Of a stretch of 64,000 bases of DNA, positions 59,062-64,000 are shown one piece after another (positions within the stretch are counted from its first letter, which is position 1; every line of letters starts with the position of its first letter). The position numbers were made by a program, and so were the translations under genes. The stretch lies in NCBI RefSeq assembly GCF_964188315.1, contig NC_135667.1, positions 24,614,001 through 24,678,000 of the forward strand, given 5' to 3'. The DNA is from Podarcis muralis. Its lineage: Eukaryota. A model generated the notes under the pieces. It saw only the letters and a program-made list of their open reading frames with translations, was not told where the DNA came from and ran no database searches.

Positions 59062-59792
59062 GTAATCTGTAATGAAGGTGCAGAATATGAATTTCCATAC
59101 ATATGAAATTCCTATTCACATGCTTTCTCATTATTCACATGCTTTCTCATCATGGTGCTGACTGAGATTATCTACACAGTAGACCTGATCTCTGTTACTA
59201 GCTTGCATGCATTACTCTGCCTAAAGTGTCCCTGCCACAAGGAAACCACTCTCTCGAAAGTTATATCTATAAATAACTTACAAGTTTTCTTCTTCATGGA
59301 TTTCTTTCAGCTCCAGAAGCAGTATCGTCTCTACCATTTTAGAGTACTGTGTCCCTTACCATTCATGGCAATGAACAATTCTTTCTATGGTGACAGTAGA
59401 TGTCACCATAGGACAGTGGCTAATTTATATACATGGTTTGTGTTCCTAGAGACTTATTCTCAAGAGTTCAGTGCAGCAGTGGAAACGCACTGAGGCATAC
59501 ACTAGGAAAAAAATAACTTTGTGGTCTGTAGTTCTGCTGATATAATTAGCACAGGTTGACTCCATGTAGGGGTATTAAAATGACAGAGAACTCATGAGAC
59601 TCAAGTTCTTCTTGGCATGCATATACACACAACATTTTCCATTTTTTAGTATGAGATGTAGGGGCATGTTCTATGACTTGATGTGCAGAGGTCTGAGTAC
59701 TGTCATGCTTCCCCTTGAAATAATGAGAAAGCATGTGAATAGGAATTTCATATGTATGGAAGTTCATATTCTGCACCTTCATTACAGATTAC
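59062..59792. repeat. 74-bp inverted repeat pair (73/74 identical) flanking 583 bp
   Basis: 59062-59135 versus the reverse complement of 59719-59792. Confidence 0.95.
59421..59485 (-). promoter_or_regulatory. Putative core promoter of OR-9
   Basis: Minus strand tttccactgctgcactgaactcttgagaataagtctctaggaacac...tatataaatt; donor-like GTAAGTT at ~59276-59282. Confidence 0.55.
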
Positions 59793-59894
59793 ATTACAAT
59801 TATGGTGCAGTGGGCTATGTTTCTACTATCATAATGGGATTTTCACTCTGAGTAAATATCTGAACTTGGCCAAGAAGGTCTAACATTTAGCTAA

Positions 59895-60470
59895 AACAAA
59901 AAAAATTCCTTCCAGTAGCACCTTAAAGACCAACTAAGTTAGTTCTTGGTATGAGCTTTCGTGTGCATGCACACTTCTTCAGATACACTGAAACAGAAGT
60001 TGCCAGATCCTTCTATATAGTGAGAAGGTGGGGAGGGGTATTACTCAGAAGGGTGGTGGGAATGGGTGATTGGCAGATAGCTGTGATGAGCCTGTTGACG
60101 ACTCTTAACGACTGCAATAGGTCTTACAGTAAAAAGCAAGGGGTGAGAAGGTGAAAAATGGCTTTGTCATGTATAATGAGATAAGAATCCAATGTCTTTG
60201 TTCAGACCAGGTCTCTCCATGGTTTTAAGTTTGGAAATAAGTTGCAATTCAGCAGCTTCTCTTTCCAGTCTATTTCTGAAATTCCTTTGTAGTAAAACAG
60301 CTACTTTGAGATCTTGTATAGAATGTCCTGGGAGATTGAAGTGTTCTCCTACTGGTTTCTCTGTCTTGTGATTCTTGATGTCAGATTTATGTCCGTTTAT
60401 TCTTTGGCGTAAGGTTTGGCCTGTTTGTCCAATATAGGGAGCTGAAGGACACTGTTGGCATTTGATGGCA
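59895..60470 (-). mobile_element. 5'-truncated Penelope-like element (GIY-YIG end + pLTR)
   Basis: AIKCQQCPSAPYIGQTGQTLRQRINGHKS...VGEHFN...EREAAE...GLN; ends with ...ggtctttaaggtgctac. Confidence 0.92.
59949..59986 (-). ncRNA. Minimal type I hammerhead ribozyme motif of the Penelope pLTR
   Basis: GUAU-CUGAAGA-A-GUGUGCAUGCACAC-GAAA-GC-UC-AUAC: core CUGANGA/GAAA, palindromic stem II, 4-bp helix I, AGCU palindrome in place of helix III. Confidence 0.75.
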
Positions 60471-60865
60471 ACATTTAACATTTAGCTGCTTCAGGATTCA
60501 GGTGATAATAAAGATAAATTTGGGAATGTGGGTAGACCTGCCTTATGCTGACTCAAACCACAATATTCTTGTTGGCAACAGCTATCCAGGATTTCAGGTA
60601 AGGGTCTTTCCCAGCTGTACCTGGGCATGTGAATTGAACCCTGACTTGCAGAGTAAATACCCTGCCATTGAACTATAGACCTTTAAATTTCTGACCTTTC
60701 ACCAGTAGCCCTCATTCTTGGTCCCTCATAAAACCTTATTGATTTGCGTTAAGTGGAAATGATTTGAACTTTCATGTTCTATTTGTAACAGAACAAACCA
60801 ATGCCAGAACTTTAGAACTTTCCCCATGTAGACGTTTTAATGGCTGCACTCCAGTTACACAGAAG

Positions 60866-61125
60866 TAATAATAATAATAACAATAATTTATTTATACCCC
60901 GTCCATCTGGGTGGATTTCCACAGCCACTATAGGCTGCTTCCAACAAAATATTAAAATACAATAGTCTGTCAAACATGAAAAGCTTCCCTAAACAGGGCT
61001 ACCTTCAAATGTCTTCTAAAAGTCTGGTAGTTGTTTTTCTCTTTGACATCTGGTGGAAGGGCATTGCACAGGGCAGGTGCTACTACCGAGAAGGCCCTCT
61101 GCCTGGTTCCCTGTAACTTCTATAG
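60866..61125 (-). mobile_element. L2 LINE 3' end
   Basis: Same family as 22578-22803, extending to RAFSVVAPAL-like sequence. Confidence 0.8.
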
Positions 61126-61236
61126 CCATAGCTTCTTTACACATACAGACAGGCAAAAGTCATTATCACAGTTCACTGACACATTTCCAGCTTGGCAAAA
61201 ATACCAAAGGAGGGCTCAGAACAAAGTGAGTGAAGA

Positions 61237-61518
61237 ATGTGTCCGGGAGTGGGGTCATTGATCTGATTTCTTTCCACAGGGCCTGTAAGACAGAGTTGTT
61301 CCACCTGGCCTTTGGCTTAGAATCAGTTTGATTCCCTCCCCCTCTTTCTTTTTCCTTTCTCCTCCTATGAAGAGATTGCACCCTAATGTTTTAATGTTGT
61401 ATCTTAATCTTTTAAATTGTATTTTAATCAACTTGTTTTTATTATTGGTTGTTAGCCTCCCCGAGCCTGGTCTTGGCTGGGGAGGGCGGGGTATAAACAA
61501 AAAATTGTTGTTGTTTTT
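61237..61518 (+). mobile_element. L2 LINE 3' end
   Basis: DLISFHRACKTELFHLAF; ends gggagggcggggtataaa. Confidence 0.8.
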
Positions 61519-61788
61519 GTATGGAGCAAGGCCATTGTATGGAGCAAGTGTGTCTTTATAATTAGACATAGCCTAAGAAGACTCCTGAGGACTGAATAGA
61601 GAGGTTCCAAACTCTTGATGTATAGATAGCCAATGTCAACATGTGCAGCATTCTTCTTTATCTACTGTACTGCTCCCTGTATAATTCTCTTAGGAATGTA
61701 TTTCTGAGAGGAATTCTTTAAAGAGTTTCCTTCTTGAATTGTAGGGAGAGAATTTGTTATTTGCTCGAGGTTGGGGATAAACACATTA

Positions 61789-62038
61789 CAATCATACCTT
61801 GGATCCCAAATGTCTCAGAAGCCGAACATTCCATCTCCTGAACAATCAAAAACCAGAAGTGAGTGTGCTGATTTTTGAACTTTTTTTGGAAGCCAAACAT
61901 CTGGTGTGGCTTCCACTATTGTTTCCAGCGCACCTGTACAATCGGAAACCAGTCAGAAGCTACACCTTGGTTTCCAAACCTTTCAGAAGTCGAACAAACT
62001 TCTGGAAATGATTCCGTTCGAATTCCGAGGTACGACTG
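61789..62038. mobile_element. Tigger-like MITE
   Basis: TA-CAATCATACCTTGG ... CCGAGGTACGACTG-TA. Confidence 0.75.
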
Positions 62039-62139
62039 TACGTGTAAAGTTTCTATGTCTGTCTTAGCAGCCCAATGTATTATACAAAAGTTCCCATGTC
62101 CTGTCGACCAGATATGCTAAAATGTATCCTAATACTATT

Positions 62140-62511
62140 GGACGCGGGTGGCGCTGTGGTTTAAACCACTGTGCCACTTAGACTTGCTGATCGGAAGGTT
62201 GGCGGTTCCCTGTGACGGGGTGAGCTCCCATTGTTCGGTCCCAGCTCCTGCCAACCTAGCAGTTCGAAAACATGCAGTGCAAGTAGATAAATAGGTACAG
62301 CTCCGGCGGGAAGGTAAAGAGTGTTTCCATGCACTGCTCTGGCTTCGCTAGAAGCGGCTTAGTCATGCTGGCCACATGACCCAGAAAAACTCTCTGCGGA
62401 AGCGGACAAACACCGGCTCCCTCAGCCTGTAAAGTGAGATGAGCGCCGCAACCCCAGAGTCATTCGCAACTGGACTTAACTGTCAGGGGTCCCTTTATCT
62501 TACCTTTACCT
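62140..62511 (+). mobile_element. Sauria SINE (Squam1 type)
   Basis: ggacgcgggtggcgctgtggt...cccttta(cctt)n; 15-bp TSD TATCCTAATACTATT at 62125-62139 and 62512-62526. Confidence 0.93.
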
Positions 62512-62722
62512 TATCCTAATACTATTTGTAGTTCTACACTTTTGTGATAACCAATGGTTCTTAGCAAATAAATTGGACTAAATGCATGAGCAGGGATAGA
62601 TTTTGTTCCTTTCAGTGTCCTGACATCTAAGATAAACAAACAGAGCCAGTTTTTCCTAATTACATTAGTAAAAAATACAGACCAGAGAGTCACTTAATGT
62701 CCCTGCTCCTGAGCTATGTTGG

Positions 62723-62773
62723 ACTCCTGAGAGCAAATCTCTAGGAACACAAGATAGATAGTAATAAACCTCC
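62723..62773 (+). promoter_or_regulatory. Orphan copy of the OR promoter-like motif
   Basis: actcctgagagcaaatctctaggaacacaa...aataaacctcc; TCTCTAGGAACACAA is identical to the OR-9 copy. Confidence 0.35.
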
Positions 62774-63734
62774 TTAGCATGTTGTCAATTTCATATTGCC
62801 TTCATATATCAAAGTGATGGTGAACATTTGTATAGTTTCAATGGTGACTAGATAGCTCTAACAGTGCTGAAGGAGAAGTGCATCTGAAGTTGAAAGAAAT
62901 ATCTGAAGGAGGAGGAGGAGGGACTGTGATTCATTGACAGAGGACGTGCTTTGCAGGCAGAGCCCCAAACTCAGAACCTTGCAACCTCCTGGAAATGCTG
63001 GGGAAGACACTTCTGTGAAATCTCAGAGAGCAGATGCCAACCAGTACAGACAATACTCGGGTGGATGTATTTGTGGTCCGACTCTTTATAAGGCAGGTTT
63101 CTTTTAAAAAAGGTAGGAATATATTCCATTAATAGTTTATGAATTGCTCACCTAATAAAAATAAGGTACCGGTATACTGTATACTCCTCCCCTCCAGAAA
63201 GAAACAGCTTGTTTTTTTCAATTAATACAATATCTTCCCCCCTCATCACTCTGTATGTCCATGGCTTACAGGCATATATCAGAGTACTTATATGAGTTGT
63301 ATGCCTGAACACGGGAATATTCTTATACCAACATGTGAATCTTGGCATTCATTCAAGGTAATCTGTAATGTAACCACAGCAATTTGGAATAAGCTGGCTT
63401 TAAATTTACTTTACTTTCTTTTTGTTAAATTCCATTTTCTTAAATATAAAAAGATTTCAAAATACCAATTAATATTTCAACACTTAAAAGAAGAAAAGCA
63501 AAGAGAAGGAAGGAAGCATATGTAGGTCTGGAAAAATAAAAGTTAAGTAAATGAGTAAATAATGAATTGTTTAAACTATTCATAAATAAATAACCAAGTG
63601 AGAAGACAAATCCTTACAAATTTAATAAATGTTAAAAAAAAGAAAGACACAGCGGTTTTATAAATCATGCAGAATTCAGATCCACCTTAATTGAGGAAGA
63701 CCATAACCATACCTTGCATTACATTCATTAAACT

Positions 63735-63845
63735 GGTGGTGAGGAACTGGTGGCCCTGCAGCTGTTGCTGGACTCCAACTTTGGTCAGCTCCATTCCTTA
63801 AGTCAGGGATGGAGGGAGTTGTTGTCCAGCAACATCTAGACGACA
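63735..63845. mobile_element. Degenerate hairpin MITE
   Basis: gttgctggactccaact ... agttgttgtccagcaac internal inverted repeat. Confidence 0.5.
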
Positions 63846-64000
63846 ACTTGACTCTCTCTCTTTCTCATAAAAGGCAGAAGGGGATGGGGAGAAGTATTGT
63901 AGCCTATCATCCTTCACTAACTATTCCAAAATTTCTTGAACAATGCATATTTGTTTTTTCTCTCCCTTTTCTTACCCATAAGGTCCAGGTCTGTTTGCTT

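Noticed and set aside
59062-59792. Pack-MULE-like transposon capturing an OR promoter
   Set aside because: No TSD flanks the 74-bp arms and no other copy is seen in the window. It is kept only as an inverted duplication.
1-64000. CRISPR arrays, rRNA or prokaryotic systems
   Set aside because: There is no repeat-spacer periodicity or rRNA-like sequence. The SGNH, YR and RNase H frames are explained by a eukaryotic retrotransposon, not by contamination.

Overview
Eukaryotic (squamate, most likely lacertid lizard) genomic DNA. The window is a tandem cluster of class II olfactory receptor genes of the OR14-like (gamma) type. It holds nine intact single-exon CDSs (six on +, three on -) and three pseudogene fragments. 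These sit in nested segmental duplications packed with squamate repeats: Sauria/Squam SINEs, L2, CR1, L1, Penelope, Tc1/pogo and hAT MITEs, and a solo LTR. The most informative accessory element is an internally deleted Ngaro-type tyrosine-recombinase retrotransposon (30705-33956, - strand). It has split direct repeats, RNase H and YR remnants, and an intact SGNH-hydrolase frame that has no usable ATG and sits behind a canonical splice acceptor. Two A-B 'solo' units and three B-like remnants of the same class are also present. Other signals are a ~60-70 bp promoter-like motif repeated upstream of six ORs plus one orphan copy, a 74-bp inverted repeat bracketing one of those promoters, template-switch scars, chimeric and gene-converted ORs, and a minimal hammerhead ribozyme in a Penelope end. 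There is one 137-N assembly gap. All repeat family names come from motif recognition, not database searches. I found good leads but no demonstrably new biological system.
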